Shown one piece after another: positions 1 through 10,636 of a DNA stretch of 64,000 bases. The first letter of the stretch is position 1; each line of letters starts with the position of its first letter. This DNA is from an uncultured Gemmatimonadota bacterium. GTDB lineage: Bacteria; SM23-81; DAOVCL01. Position numbers and translations under genes: made by a program. A model generated the notes under the pieces. It ran no database searches. It had not been told where the DNA came from and saw nothing but the letters and a program-made list of their open reading frames with translations. The stretch lies in NCBI GenBank assembly GCA_964626665.1, contig CAZVGK010000002.1, positions 128,163-192,162 on the forward strand, read 5' to 3'.

Positions 1-1
1 C

Positions 2-592
2 CTCTTTTGCACCCAACTTCTTGGCGTCATGGACAAGCATCTTTACGGTTCGGCCCAGCCCTTTCTTTCCTACAACCCTCAGGAGCTTGACCTTTCCCCC
101 TTTCCTCACCGATGCCTTATGGCTACTACCCTTCCCTTCTAGCCCCCACCCCCTAACCAGCTCTTCATCTACCCAAATCCCTCCACCCTTGAGGGTTAGG
201 CCCTTCATATACTCCACCCTCAACTCTAAGGGTTCGAATTTTGACTCCTTGGCTGATTCCAACAGCTGCTCTATCCTCTTGGCGGCAACTTCGGCAGTGA
301 GGTTCAAAAGGGGAATGTTAATATCCCTGCTACATAATATGACCAACATACCTGGGCCAATTAACCTGGCTATTACCCGGCCCTTTCCAAAGGAGAGGTC
401 AAACTCATCTGGGTTGAGGTGGGCAAACCCCAGCGATCTGGCTGCCTGAAAGATCTCCTGGCTTACTCCCCCTAAGGATCCTGCCGGGAAATTGGTTTCG
501 CCAACGGAGGAGAGAACCTTCCCTTTCCCATCCGCCACAAATGACCCTTGCACCCCCACCATCGCATTTATGTCCCTTAAGATGTCTTTCAT
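2..592 (-). CDS. Roadblock/LC7 (MglB-like) domain protein with C-terminal extension, runs off window start
   Basis: Not in ORF track. Own translation MKDILRDINAMVGVQGSFVADGKGKVL...; ATG overlaps the upstream stop (ATGA at 589-592); frame open to window edge. Confidence 0.75.
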   Translation of the reverse strand, partial: MKDILRDINAMVGVQGSFVADGKGKVLSSVGETNFPAGSLGGVSQEIFQAARSLGFAHLNPDEFDLSFGKGRVIARLIGPGMLVILCSRDINIPLLNLTAEVAAKRIEQLLESAKESKFEPLELRVEYMKGLTLKGGGIWVDEELVRGWGLEGKGSSHKASVRKGGKVKLLRVVGKKGLGRTVKMLVHDAKKLGAKE

Positions 593-924
593 CTTTTCTC
601 TTTGCCCCCCAACTCTACTTCTACCCGGTCCTCAATGAGCGATAAGGAGGCTTCAGGTTTAACGAACAGCCCCAGGCTGTGGTCCCCCTGGCCGTAGATT
701 AATACCCTCCTTCCCTGACCATTAAAGGTCCCCTTCTCAAATCTCCCGTAATTCAATGCTTCCCCCACCCTTTGGGCCATCTGAGCGACAAAGACGGTAA
801 GGGCGGCTGCCTCCTGAGGATTTCCCTTTCCACCCTGAGCCAAGACTATCCCCTCTGGAGAGGATAAGACCACTCCTTCCACCTCCTCCAGTTGGGATAG
901 AGCCCCAGTTATCTTATCGTTCAT
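589..924 (-). CDS. Roadblock/LC7 (MglB-like) domain protein
   Basis: LSQLEEVEGVVLSSPEGIVLA...AAAL pattern; ATG at 924 preceded by GGAGG. Confidence 0.8.
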   Translation of the reverse strand: MNDKITGALSQLEEVEGVVLSSPEGIVLAQGGKGNPQEAAALTVFVAQMAQRVGEALNYGRFEKGTFNGQGRRVLIYGQGDHSLGLFVKPEASLSLIEDRVEVELGGKEKR

Positions 925-1130
925 GCTTTGACCTCCTCTGCCTATCACCTGTAACAGCTAACCACGGGACCTTAGGGGACTAAAGAATGAAAAATTATAC
1001 AATGATCAATTAGCAATTAACATTTAGCAAGTTAAAACGGGATGAAATCAGAGAATCTGGAGTGCCATTTTCCATTGGTCATTGGCCGTTTCTTCTTCGT
1101 CCCTGGTGGATTATTGTTATTTGCTTATTC

Positions 1131-1146
1131 TGCAAAATCTATGCCA
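1131..1146 (-). promoter_or_regulatory. sigma54 -24/-12 promoter for the roadblock genes
   Basis: Minus strand TGGCATAGATTTTGCA, GG-N10-GC spacing. Confidence 0.7.
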
Positions 1147-1338
1147 TTCCTCCATCTGGGTTTGGTTCACTAAAAGTCCTGTTTTTACAGGGAGACAAGG
1201 TGGTTATCTCCACTTCCAGAACCTCTTCCTGATTGAAATTAGACCATAAATCCTTGGGCCCCAAAAATAAAATCCAGCTTAATTGCTGGGTTTTCAAAGG
1301 GTTAAATAAAGAAGCCTTTGTGTGCGAGAATCGAACGC

Positions 1339-2061
1339 TTACTTCTCCCGTAGTAACTTTACCAGTCTTCCCTCCTCCATTTTGGGGATAAGATTAAGCA
1401 GATTAAGGCGACTACAGTAGGGGAGATCGTCCTCGAAGCCCAATTCAATCAAGTATTTGCCATGGCTTGAGCTCTGTAGCATTCCCAATATGTCTGGGGA
1501 GTGCTTTTGGTAGAGGGCCTGAGCGGCCATGGCCCCATCATTGAGCTCCGCCAGCGGCAGATGGTTGACGAACATACCTCCGCCTACGGCATCCTCCAGG
1601 GCGAATTTCCCCAACTTTCCCGCACAGATAATGGCCAGATCGGCCTCAAGCTTGGAGAGGTAACGGAGGACCGCTCTAAAGTTGAGGAAGGAGCCAACCA
1701 GTACGGTGCTGGCCCCTTGGGCCCGGACAATGGCCTTCGATCCATTGGTGGTAGCAAAGATGAGGATTTTGCTATCAACCAACTTTTTCTTAAACTCCTG
1801 GGGTGAATTGCCCAGATCGAACCCATCAATTCTCCTTCCCTCCCTCTCTCCACAGAGGAGGACATTCTCCCTCCCCAAGGAGTGGGCCAATTCGGTTGCC
1901 TCATCAACGCTTTGGGTGGGGATAATCCCCCGCGCTCCGTTCTGTAGTGCCCTGATTATGGATGCACTGGCCCGCAGTATATCGACCACCACTACGGTCT
2001 TCCCAATTATTTCCTCCTCTGAGATCTCCGAGGGGGTAAAATAGAGGTCGATCTTTCTCAT
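1339..2061 (-). CDS. comB: 2-phosphosulfolactate phosphatase family
   Basis: VVVDILRAS, GFDLGNSP, TTNGS, ALEDAVG motifs. Confidence 0.9.
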   Translation of the reverse strand: MRKIDLYFTPSEISEEEIIGKTVVVVDILRASASIIRALQNGARGIIPTQSVDEATELAHSLGRENVLLCGEREGRRIDGFDLGNSPQEFKKKLVDSKILIFATTNGSKAIVRAQGASTVLVGSFLNFRAVLRYLSKLEADLAIICAGKLGKFALEDAVGGGMFVNHLPLAELNDGAMAAQALYQKHSPDILGMLQSSSHGKYLIELGFEDDLPYCSRLNLLNLIPKMEEGRLVKLLREK

Positions 2062-3158
2062 TTATGAGATCCGTTCTTGTAAAATGGGGATTTAACCACT
2101 TTCCCGGCGGCCAGTTTTCCCCTAATCTTCACTTGAACTTTAGTTCCTATCGCTGCAGCCTGGAGGGGGAGATAACCCAAGGCAATTCCTCTATTTAGCG
2201 AAGGGGAGAAGATGCCGCTGGTGATATTCCCCTGCTCTTTCCCAGCGAAGTAGATTGGGTAGCCTTTGCGGGGGAAGACCTTACCTTCCAGTTCTATACC
2301 TACCAACTTTCTTCCTATTCCCCTTTCCTTCTGAGCCAGCAAAGCCTCCTTGCCGATGCAATCCTTAGCCTGTAGCTTGGTTATCCATCCCAGCCCGGCC
2401 TCTAAGGGGGTAGTGGTTTTGTCTATGTCATTCCCATAGAGGCAGTATCCCATCTCCAAGCGAAGAGAGTCCCTGGCCCCCAGGCCGATTGGTTCTATTC
2501 CGTACTTCCTTCCGGTTTTTTCCACCGCGTCCCAAAGCTGGCCGGCGAACTGGGGGGGGGAGTAGAGTTCAAAGCCATCCTCTCCAGTATAGCCTGTCCG
2601 GGAGAAGAGCATCTCCACCCCATCTACCTCTCCCCTTATGGCCCAGTAGTATCTCAATGACCCCAAATCGGTCTTGGTTAGCTGGGCTAAAACCTCCTCA
2701 GCCCGCGGGCCTTGAATGGCTAAAAGGGCGGTCTGGTCGGATCTGTTCTCCAGTTCTGCATCTTCCTTTAAGTTTTCCTGCAACCAGTTAAAGTCCTTAG
2801 CGATGTTAGTGGCATTAACTACTAAGAGGAAATAACCCTCCAGCCTGTAGACCAAGAGGTCATCGACTATGCCACCATCAGGGTAGCAGAGAGCTGAATA
2901 TTGTGCCTGATAGGGGGCGAGTTGGGCAGCGTCGTTGATGGTTACTTTCTGCACAAATTGGAGGGCATCTGGCCCTCTTACCTCGACCTCCCCCATATGG
3001 GAGAGGTCAAACATCCCCACAGATGACCTTACCTTTCTGTGTTCCGTCAGTATGCTGTGGTAGAAGATAGGCATAGCAAAGCCGGCGAAGTTCACCATCC
3101 TACCACCATTTCCGATATGCATCTCATAAAAAGGGGTCCTCTCGCCTGCGGTCGCCAT
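2058..3158 (-). CDS. gcvT: Glycine cleavage system aminomethyltransferase T
   Basis: FDLSHMGE, RTGYTGEDGFE, GLGARDSLRLE motifs. Confidence 0.97.
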   Translation of the reverse strand: MATAGERTPFYEMHIGNGGRMVNFAGFAMPIFYHSILTEHRKVRSSVGMFDLSHMGEVEVRGPDALQFVQKVTINDAAQLAPYQAQYSALCYPDGGIVDDLLVYRLEGYFLLVVNATNIAKDFNWLQENLKEDAELENRSDQTALLAIQGPRAEEVLAQLTKTDLGSLRYYWAIRGEVDGVEMLFSRTGYTGEDGFELYSPPQFAGQLWDAVEKTGRKYGIEPIGLGARDSLRLEMGYCLYGNDIDKTTTPLEAGLGWITKLQAKDCIGKEALLAQKERGIGRKLVGIELEGKVFPRKGYPIYFAGKEQGNITSGIFSPSLNRGIALGYLPLQAAAIGTKVQVKIRGKLAAGKVVKSPFYKNGSHK

Positions 3159-3307
3159 CAACCCTCCCTCTTAAATTTCACCTGGGAATATAAGTTGACC
3201 TCTCCCCTCTGTCAAGGTATTTGTGGGAGGATTGTCTGATAGTCACTTTTTGAACTTAGTTCCACAATCCTACATTTGTGGAATTCGTCTTCAAAGCCTC
3301 ATCAAAA

Positions 3308-3335
3308 TGAGGTGGCAGAATCCCGATTCTGCCAC
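3308..3335. repeat. REP-like palindrome TGAGGTGGCAGAA-N6/7-TTCTGCCAC (also 5366-5393, 45848-45875; reversed at 22606-22632)
   Basis: Same hairpin at four intergenic or gene-edge sites. Confidence 0.75.
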
Positions 3336-3533
3336 TTGGGGGAGGGGCCTCCAGACCTTTCAAGAGCTGTCAGCCCCGTTCCGACGGGATTCCTGGCGGA
3401 AGAGGTAACTCCTGACAGCACACTTTTTATTGTGCTTGGTAGGGCCTTTGCCCTCAAGGAGTCCACTTCCTCAGCCTAAACCCTAAAGGCTGAATTCCTA
3501 CTAACGGAATCCAGCCTTTAAAATATCGCGGTG

Positions 3534-3585
3534 GTAGCCACAACCTTTAGGTTGCGAAAGGACGTAGACTGAAGTCTGCGGCTAC
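3534..3585. repeat. GTAG-type REP doublet
   Basis: GTAGCCACAACCTTTAGGTTGCG...CGTAGACTGAAGTCTGCGGCTAC; inverted copy at 5057-5108, half copy at 36799-36822. Confidence 0.8.
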
Positions 3586-3633
3586 CTGGGGAAAGGGGTA
3601 AATAGTAGGGGGGTTACCAACCTGTTTTTCTTT

Positions 3634-4935
3634 TCAGGGCCTGGCCGTAACCGAGGTATATTCGTAGATAACCTTAGGTCTGCCGACCATAAAACCGATT
3701 ACACCTCCCAAGATAGCAGGGAGGCTGAAGCTGAATCCGAATACCTCAATACAGATGACAATGCTGGCGATGGGGACATTTAATATGGCTCCTAAGGAGC
3801 CGGCAATCCCTACCACGATAAGGGCCAGGTGGGTGCCAGGAGCGGTGACCCCAAAGGAGATGGCCACCAGGTCACCGGCCAATGCTCCTAATATTATAGA
3901 GGGAAAGGTAAAACCCGCACTCCCCCCAGAGCCAATGGTAAAGGCGGTAGCCAAAATCTTACCCAGGAGAAGCAGAACGATAGAGAAAATGGCAAAAAGG
4001 GTAAATGTTGACCTTGGTTGCATAATCTCCTTTAGGGTGGTGATGCCCACCCCCATCACCCTTATCCCAATGGAGAGGCCAATGAGACCACAGCCAATCC
4101 CTCCCAGGGCGGGCTTGAGGTCGTCACTTACCTTTATCCTCCTCAAGAAGGCGGAGACCTTCTCATAGACGGAGATGAAAAGAAGCCCTGTCCAGCCGGT
4201 GAGGACGGCAGCGAGGAGGAAAAGGGGGATCTCTTTTGGCCGGAAGGAAAAGGCCATCCTCCCCCAAGGGGGAGTGAAATCGGTTAGCAAACCGTAGATT
4301 GTGTACCCCAGGCCGCTCGATAGGATTGCCGGGAATAGCTTACGGTAGTTAATAGAGGCGGCATAGAGAATCTCCACGGCGAAGATGCCCCCACCCAGAG
4401 GGGCCTTCAACAGGGCCCCCAAAGCTCCAGCAACACCACATACCGTCGCTGTGTGTAACTCTTCCCCTCTGAGATAGAAAGGATGAGAGAGCCCTTTCAG
4501 CTTTCTGGATAGGAATGAGCCCACACCTCCGTTTACCAGAGCCATAGGTCCCACAAATCCCCCGCTTCCCCCAAAGCCCAATGTAAACAGACCAGCGAGG
4601 TATTTGAGAAGGGTCAACCTAAGGGGGACAAACCCGCTCTTTTCATTGACGATTTGGATATAGGTGGGCATTCCCTCCCCTCTGGCCCTGGGCTCTATTC
4701 GGTAGATGAAAAGCCCTGTTATCAGTCCGCCCAAAGCTGGCCCAGCATAAGTCAGGATCTGCAGACTGGGGAGTCGGGAGAGGAAGAGGACCGCGCTTTT
4801 AAACAGGTAAACCACCAGGCCGCTTGTCGTGCCTATGATGAAGGAGGTCAGAGACCACCTCAATATATGGTTGAGGGTGCCCTCATTTTTTATCCCAAAG
4901 ACATTCCACCGATCACTAACGGTTGCAGTTTTCAT
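3634..4935 (-). CDS. ClC-family chloride channel protein with atypical motifs
   Basis: Multi-TM; GEGMP, GGSGGFVGP, APLGGGIFAVEI, SGGSAGFTFP align to the ClC signatures. Confidence 0.9.
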   Translation of the reverse strand: MKTATVSDRWNVFGIKNEGTLNHILRWSLTSFIIGTTSGLVVYLFKSAVLFLSRLPSLQILTYAGPALGGLITGLFIYRIEPRARGEGMPTYIQIVNEKSGFVPLRLTLLKYLAGLFTLGFGGSGGFVGPMALVNGGVGSFLSRKLKGLSHPFYLRGEELHTATVCGVAGALGALLKAPLGGGIFAVEILYAASINYRKLFPAILSSGLGYTIYGLLTDFTPPWGRMAFSFRPKEIPLFLLAAVLTGWTGLLFISVYEKVSAFLRRIKVSDDLKPALGGIGCGLIGLSIGIRVMGVGITTLKEIMQPRSTFTLFAIFSIVLLLLGKILATAFTIGSGGSAGFTFPSIILGALAGDLVAISFGVTAPGTHLALIVVGIAGSLGAILNVPIASIVICIEVFGFSFSLPAILGGVIGFMVGRPKVIYEYTSVTARP

Positions 4936-5056
4936 TTAGCTTTTTATCCTTTGTGGATGTCAAAAAGAGGGGGCAGAACCCCGATGCTACCGCCTCACGG
5001 GGATACTCCCGGTCTGATCAGGCATCTGACCGCTCAATAAAAACTCTCTCCCCTTG

Positions 5057-5108
5057 GTAGCCGCAGACTTCAGTCTGCGTCCTTTCGCAACCTAAAGGTT
5101 GCGGCTAC
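5057..5108. repeat. GTAG-type REP doublet, inverted copy of 3534-3585
   Basis: Reverse complement matches 3534-3585 at 50 of 52 positions. Confidence 0.8.
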
Positions 5109-5728
5109 TTGCCTTTATAGGGGCAAGCCCGCAAGATCGGGTCGCATAAACGCGACCTTCTATACTTCTACCCAGCTTTAGCTGAGGGTTTTTGGGACTT
5201 TAGCGCGTATACAGGGTCAATGGGGACAGGTCTTGCTTTTTGCTATCTTATGTTCCTGTAGGGAGAGTCTTGTGCCTATCCATTTCCCTTGGACATGCTT
5301 AAGGACCTGTGCCTACCGTATTCGTAGGGAGTCAAGTCTGTCCGATTTCCCTTCGCCCTTCAAAGTGAGGTGGCAGAACCCCAATTCTGCCACTGTCAGA
5401 TCAGGGGATCTGACCGCTCAATGGATCGCATAAATGCGACTCCTACCTTCCTATGCCGTCAGAGTAAAGGGCGTTGTCATTCCGACCGAAGGGAGGAATC
5501 TGTATGAACACCGCTCCTAAAAGTGAGGTGTTCGTTAGAATTTAGTGTTTTGTTGCCAAAAGGATTTTGCGCGGAATTTATCCTAAGGAACGAAGGGCTC
5601 GAAATGACACACATGGAACAGGGTTCACTGAATTTTTACGGGGTAAGGTCCCCTGACCTTGATTATCGGCATCAGGAGATGCCTCCCACAGATTAAAAAC
5701 CTGAGGTTTATGCTAATCAAGCTGATGA

Positions 5729-8377
5729 CTACCTGGCATCCAAGACTTCCCTTACCTTGTGGGATATTTCCTCCAGAGAGAATGGCTTATGGAGGAAGTC
5801 TTTTACCCCAAGATCCAATATCTGCTGGGCAGCACTATCCTGGGAGTAGCCACTGGCCAACAATGTCTTTACCTCGGGGTTGATCCGCCTGAGCTCCTGG
5901 TAGGTTTCCCTTCCTCCCATCACAGGCATCATCATATCAACGATTACCAGGTCAATTCCCTTCTTTTGTTTCCGGTATATCTCCACTGCCTCCCGCCCAT
6001 CAGAGGCTAACATCACCCCATATCCCAAATCCTCCAGTATATCCTTCATCAAATTGCGCAGAATCTCCTCGTCATCAATCACCAGGATAGACTCCGAGCC
6101 AGAAATTGGCTCTACCCTCCCTTTTCTGGGCTGGGACAAAGCCCTCTGAGCAAGAGGAAGATAAACCTCAAAGGTTGTCCCCTTCCCCAACCTGCTGTGA
6201 CAAGAGATGTAGCCACCGTGGTTCTTCACGACGCCATAGACCATAGCCAGGCCCAGTCCTGTGCCCCTGCCCTGCTCCTTGGTGGTGAAGAAGGGATCAA
6301 AGATCTTGGCCATCGTCTCCTCATCTATCCCCATACCTGTGTCTGAGATACTTAACCTCACATAGTCCCCTGGGGTGGCCCCCAAATGCTTGGAGACAAA
6401 CTTCTTATCCAGATGGGCCACCTCGGAGCAGATAGATAGCTCTCCCCCGCCGGGCATAGCATCCCGGGCATTGACACAAAGGTTCATCAGCACCTGCTCC
6501 AGTTGATTGAGATCTCCCTTGGCGCAGGGATTCTCCCCACATAGCTCTGTCTTGATTTTTATCTTCTTGTCTATAGAGGCGGAAAGCAGTTCCACCACCC
6601 CGCGGATCAGTTGATTGACATCCACAGGCTTCACCTCATACTTGCCCCGGCGGGCAAAGCCAAGCAGTCTGTTGGTCAACTCAGCAGCCCTATTGCCTGC
6701 TCTCTCAATAAGCTCCACATATTTGCGGTTGGTATCCTCGTTAGGCAATTTGCTCAGAAGCAAGGAGGAATAGCCCAGGATACCTCCCAGCAGGTTATTG
6801 AAATCGTGAGCGATGCCACTGGCCAGGGTGCCTATGGCCTCCATCTTCTGAGACTGGCGGAGCTGATGCTCCAGCTTTGCCCTTTCCTCCTCGGCCCGCT
6901 TGCGCTCGGTGATGTCCCGATAGATGGCGTAGCCGGCCTTTCCCCTTTTTCCTACATTTATTGGCGTGCCTAAGATGGAGACTTCAACTGAGGTTCCATC
7001 CTTTCGCCGTCGCACCCCCTCCAGGAAGATCTTTTCTCCCCCTAAGACTTTCTTGGTGAGGGAGAGGGCCTCTTGGCTGAGGCCCTCCGGGGCGAGTAGT
7101 TTATCAATCAGCTTACCAAGTGTCTCATCTGCTTCATAGCCGAACATCTTGCTAAATTCGCTGTTTACCCTAACCACCCGGCCATCTCCATCGACCACGA
7201 CAATCGCCTCTGGGGAAGATTCAAACAACCGCTCGAAGTATGCCTTTTCTACCTGCAGTTCCTCTTCCGCCCTCTTGCGTTTGGTGATGTCGGCGAATAT
7301 GGTGCCAAACTCCCCTTTATTGAGAGAAAAAACGGAGATACTGAAATGCTTCTTCATCGGCGGAAAATAAGTCTCGAATTGGGTAGGCTGACCTGTTTCC
7401 GCAACTTGTGAGTAGACTTCCAAATAAGGAGCTTTCCTGGTGCCATAAAGCGCTGTAGCCCTTTGGTCAAGGGCCTCTTCTCGTTTGATCCCCATAATTG
7501 ATTCAAATTGTGGGTTCACATCCTTGATGACATAGTCGATGGGTTTCTTCCCTGCATCATAGAGGAGCTTATGCACCGCTACCCCTTCATTCATATTGAC
7601 AAACAATCCCCGGTACTTCTCCTCACTTCTCCTCACCGTGGCGAGCTTGTCTTTCAGTTCCTTTTTTAAGTAGAGCGAGGGGATTTCATACCTTTTGGCC
7701 CCCTTGGTAATCCCATGACCTTGCCTTAAATATTCCTTGATGTAGCCCTCTATCTTTGTCGGTGGGGCCATAATAAACCGGCATTGCTCATCGCCCTTTG
7801 CCCTGCAGGAGATCTCGGAGGCGATGAGTTCAATGCCAAAGGACTCCTCACACCATCCGGAAGAATATCCGGCATTCATTATGCAGACGGGGAAATCCAC
7901 CTTCCTCCCGGACTTTATCCAGGATGCCGCCTCAAAGGAGTAGGGATGGTCATAGATAAGATAATAGTTCTCGTCGGCAACAGGGTTGGATGCGGGGAGA
8001 ATGTTCACAAATGCCCAGCCCATATAGGCAAAATGGATGGGACCTGCTGAGAGTTTCTCCACAGGGTCCTTAAGCCCCATCCTCTTATGAAAGTCCCTGG
8101 CATCTGCCTTGCCTATGGAATGGGCTATGTCAAAGAGCAGATCCCTGGCTATCCTCAGAGCCTCTTGCTCCCCGTCCTCCAGGTATAAGTTCTTTACCGC
8201 CTCGAAGAACTCCACCGATAGAGCGGCTGCCCGCACCATTACATACCTCTGTCCGCCGATATCAATTGAGCCTTTTTCCGGCAACTCCCTTTTCTCCCCA
8301 AAATACCTGGTTACATACTCCTGGGCTTGCCTAAAGATCGGCTCAAACTTTTTGGGGACTTGCACCGTGTTCAACAT
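5729..8377 (-). CDS. Hybrid sensor histidine kinase (V4R/XylR-N, 2 PAS, HisKA, HATPase, REC)
   Basis: V4[10 protein letters not shown]...[19 protein letters not shown]-box; GTGLGL; C-terminal receiver DMMMP. Confidence 0.93.
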   Translation of the reverse strand: MLNTVQVPKKFEPIFRQAQEYVTRYFGEKRELPEKGSIDIGGQRYVMVRAAALSVEFFEAVKNLYLEDGEQEALRIARDLLFDIAHSIGKADARDFHKRMGLKDPVEKLSAGPIHFAYMGWAFVNILPASNPVADENYYLIYDHPYSFEAASWIKSGRKVDFPVCIMNAGYSSGWCEESFGIELIASEISCRAKGDEQCRFIMAPPTKIEGYIKEYLRQGHGITKGAKRYEIPSLYLKKELKDKLATVRRSEEKYRGLFVNMNEGVAVHKLLYDAGKKPIDYVIKDVNPQFESIMGIKREEALDQRATALYGTRKAPYLEVYSQVAETGQPTQFETYFPPMKKHFSISVFSLNKGEFGTIFADITKRKRAEEELQVEKAYFERLFESSPEAIVVVDGDGRVVRVNSEFSKMFGYEADETLGKLIDKLLAPEGLSQEALSLTKKVLGGEKIFLEGVRRRKDGTSVEVSILGTPINVGKRGKAGYAIYRDITERKRAEEERAKLEHQLRQSQKMEAIGTLASGIAHDFNNLLGGILGYSSLLLSKLPNEDTNRKYVELIERAGNRAAELTNRLLGFARRGKYEVKPVDVNQLIRGVVELLSASIDKKIKIKTELCGENPCAKGDLNQLEQVLMNLCVNARDAMPGGGELSICSEVAHLDKKFVSKHLGATPGDYVRLSISDTGMGIDEETMAKIFDPFFTTKEQGRGTGLGLAMVYGVVKNHGGYISCHSRLGKGTTFEVYLPLAQRALSQPRKGRVEPISGSESILVIDDEEILRNLMKDILEDLGYGVMLASDGREAVEIYRKQKKGIDLVIVDMMMPVMGGRETYQELRRINPEVKTLLASGYSQDSAAQQILDLGVKDFLHKPFSLEEISHKVREVLDAR

Positions 8378-8699
8378 TTTATGGTCTCCTGCTCTCAGCT
8401 AAAATTGGCTTGGTTTGGGGCTCATCTAACGCGGCAAAACCCCTTCCCTGGATTTTTACCTTTTGGCCGCATCTTCTTTTTATATCGGCTGATTTGCCAA
8501 GAACTTTAGCGTTTTCTCCCCTGTGGTATATTGTCCTATGTAGCGAAATACCCCATTCTAAGGAAACCTTGTGTGGTTGTTGAAGATAACGAAGCCCTGT
8601 CCGTTTTCTGTGGCCTTTTGCCCCATTTCTTAACCTGGTAAAAATTACCCTGTGGTAGTAAGTTATTGCCTACCTGTGGATTACCTAACTGATGGATGT

Positions 8700-8715
8700 T
8701 GGTATGGTATTTGCT
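8700..8715 (+). promoter_or_regulatory. sigma54 -24/-12 promoter for the PilZ-kinase-regulator operon
   Basis: TGGTATGGTATTTGCT, GG-N10-GC; identical 14-mer recurs at 12109. Confidence 0.75.
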
Positions 8716-8860
8716 TATAGGGGGAAATGGGGTTTGACAAAGGGTTTCTTTCCGCAGGGCAGAGGCCCGGGAAGCACAGCGGATGACAGCGAAATAGGGG
8801 GAAGCAAAATTTGGCTTCCCTTCAACGGTTTTCGCCCTTTAATAGATAATTTGGGGGAGA

Positions 8861-9481
8861 ATGTTATTTAAACTTGAGCAACTTCTCCTAATGCAGGTCG
8901 GCGGCAAGGATTACCCTGTCTGGATAAAGGAGATGAAGGGGAAGGGGTTAAGGGTTAGCCCTCCGGTGGAGAGGGGGGATTGGGTGAGGGTAAGGGTAGG
9001 GGAAAAGGTGAACCTATGCCTGCTGGCTGATGAGGCCACCTTCTTCTTTCGCGCTGAGGTCTTAGATCTTCGCTACCTGGATGAAGAGTCAACCATCCTT
9101 ATCTCCTTTCCCCAGGAGTTGGCCAAGAAGGCAATTACGCGTGGTGGTTTCAGGCTCAAGGGGGAGGTGAAGGTGCGCTGTTTCCCGCAAAGGGGAGAGG
9201 TGTTGGGGACGAGTGAGGATATAAGCAACAAAGGAGCCTTGCTTGCCGGGTTCCGACGGGGGGAGATCGGAAAGGGGGAGAGGTTTAAATTGGAGATACT
9301 CCTTCCTGATAAAGAGCCCATCCCTGCCTTGGGTCAGGTGAAAAGGTTAATAGACCAAGGGGAGAATAGGGTAGCTGCGGCTATAGAGTTTTTGGTCATC
9401 ACCAAAAAGGACAGGGAGAGGCTCACCCACTACCTCTTTGAGCTCGACCGCTTACAGAGGAGGGCTAAAAGTTGCCGGTAG
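8861..9481 (+). CDS. PilZ/YcgR-type flagellar brake-like protein
   Basis: YcgR-N-like half plus RxxxR (RGGFR) and DISxxG (DISNKG). Confidence 0.85.
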   Translation: MLFKLEQLLLMQVGGKDYPVWIKEMKGKGLRVSPPVERGDWVRVRVGEKVNLCLLADEATFFFRAEVLDLRYLDEESTILISFPQELAKKAITRGGFRLKGEVKVRCFPQRGEVLGTSEDISNKGALLAGFRRGEIGKGERFKLEILLPDKEPIPALGQVKRLIDQGENRVAAAIEFLVITKKDRERLTHYLFELDRLQRRAKSCR

Positions 9482-10536
9482 CAGTGAGGGGATTGGAGAG
9501 AAAGTTAGGGGGAGGGAATGGGATTTTCTCCTGGACTGGAGAGAGGGAGTATTTTATCCGGGCCATCATCAAGGGGATGGAGAGTGGTCTGCTCATCCTG
9601 AACAGGGAAGGGAGGATAGTGGAGTGCAATAGGGCGGCCCAGATGATTAGCGGCTATCGTAAAAGGGAGATTTTGGGAAAATTCTACCAGGATGTCTGGG
9701 GTGCTGATCTTCCGGTAGCACCTCAGGAGAGGGAGATACCGGTTGGGAATAAGGGAACTCTTATTAAATCGAAGATCTTTCCAGTTACCGGGGCGCAGAG
9801 GGAGCTTTTGGGTTGGGTGGAGATATTTCAGGATCACTCTCAATTGAAGGAGAGGATGGCTCTGGCCGAGGTGGGCGAGGCTACTGCCCAGGTGGCTCAC
9901 GAGATAAGAAACCCCTTGGGAGGGATAAGGGGATTTGCCAGCCTCCTGCAAAGGGAGGCAAAGGAGGAATCCCAGGAGAGGTTGATATCTCGCATAGCTG
10001 ATGGGGTGGCTAACATAGATAAGTTGGTGAATGACCTCCTTGACTTTACCCGCCCGCAACCCCGTTCCCAGGGACTTGTCAATCTAAATTTAGTGGTTCA
10101 GGAGGCGCTGGTATACTTAACCCAGGAGGTGGGGCTTGCGGGGATAGATGTGCAGAGGCGGTTAATGAAGGGGGGGGTGAGGGTGAAAGGTGATGGTTTC
10201 AAGCTGAGGCAAGCCCTTTTGAACCTGTTCTTAAATGGAGTGCAGGCTATGCCCCAGGGGGGGAAGTTGACTATAAAGACCTTCCAAAGGGGGGGAAAGG
10301 TTTGCCTCTCTGTCTCCGATACAGGCTGTGGCATTCCCTCCCAGTTTAAAGCCCAGATCTTTAAGCCTTTCTTTAGCAGAAGAGAGGGGGGCACCGGCTT
10401 AGGCTTGGCTTTGGTGAGAAAGATAGTTGTTGCCCATAAGGGTGAGATCTCAGTTTGGAGCCGGGTGGGGAGGGGGACCACCATCTCCCTCTCCTTCCCC
10501 TTGGCCAGGGCATCAGCAGGCAAAGAGGGACCATAA
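9472..10536 (+). CDS. PAS sensor histidine kinase (FlgS/FleS-like)
   Basis: AHEIRNPL, N/G1/F/G2 boxes; start uncertain. Confidence 0.9.
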   Translation: MPVAVRGLERKLGGGNGIFSWTGEREYFIRAIIKGMESGLLILNREGRIVECNRAAQMISGYRKREILGKFYQDVWGADLPVAPQEREIPVGNKGTLIKSKIFPVTGAQRELLGWVEIFQDHSQLKERMALAEVGEATAQVAHEIRNPLGGIRGFASLLQREAKEESQERLISRIADGVANIDKLVNDLLDFTRPQPRSQGLVNLNLVVQEALVYLTQEVGLAGIDVQRRLMKGGVRVKGDGFKLRQALLNLFLNGVQAMPQGGKLTIKTFQRGGKVCLSVSDTGCGIPSQFKAQIFKPFFSRREGGTGLGLALVRKIVVAHKGEISVWSRVGRGTTISLSFPLARASAGKEGP

Positions 10537-10636
10537 TCGCTCGATACTGAGGGGGTTTCCACCTTTTGACCTCTTTCTCGTAAGTTAAGGGAGAGCAAAC
10601 CGTCTTTAGAACTTACAAACCAAGGGGAGGAAAACT

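Noticed and set aside
4936-5110. Fluoride riboswitch upstream of ClC
   Set aside because: No crcB-motif core recognised; the region consists of repeat elements.
8730-8830. c-di-GMP riboswitch before the PilZ gene
   Set aside because: The GEMM core (GGCAAAC...GAAA...GACGCAAAGC) is not present.
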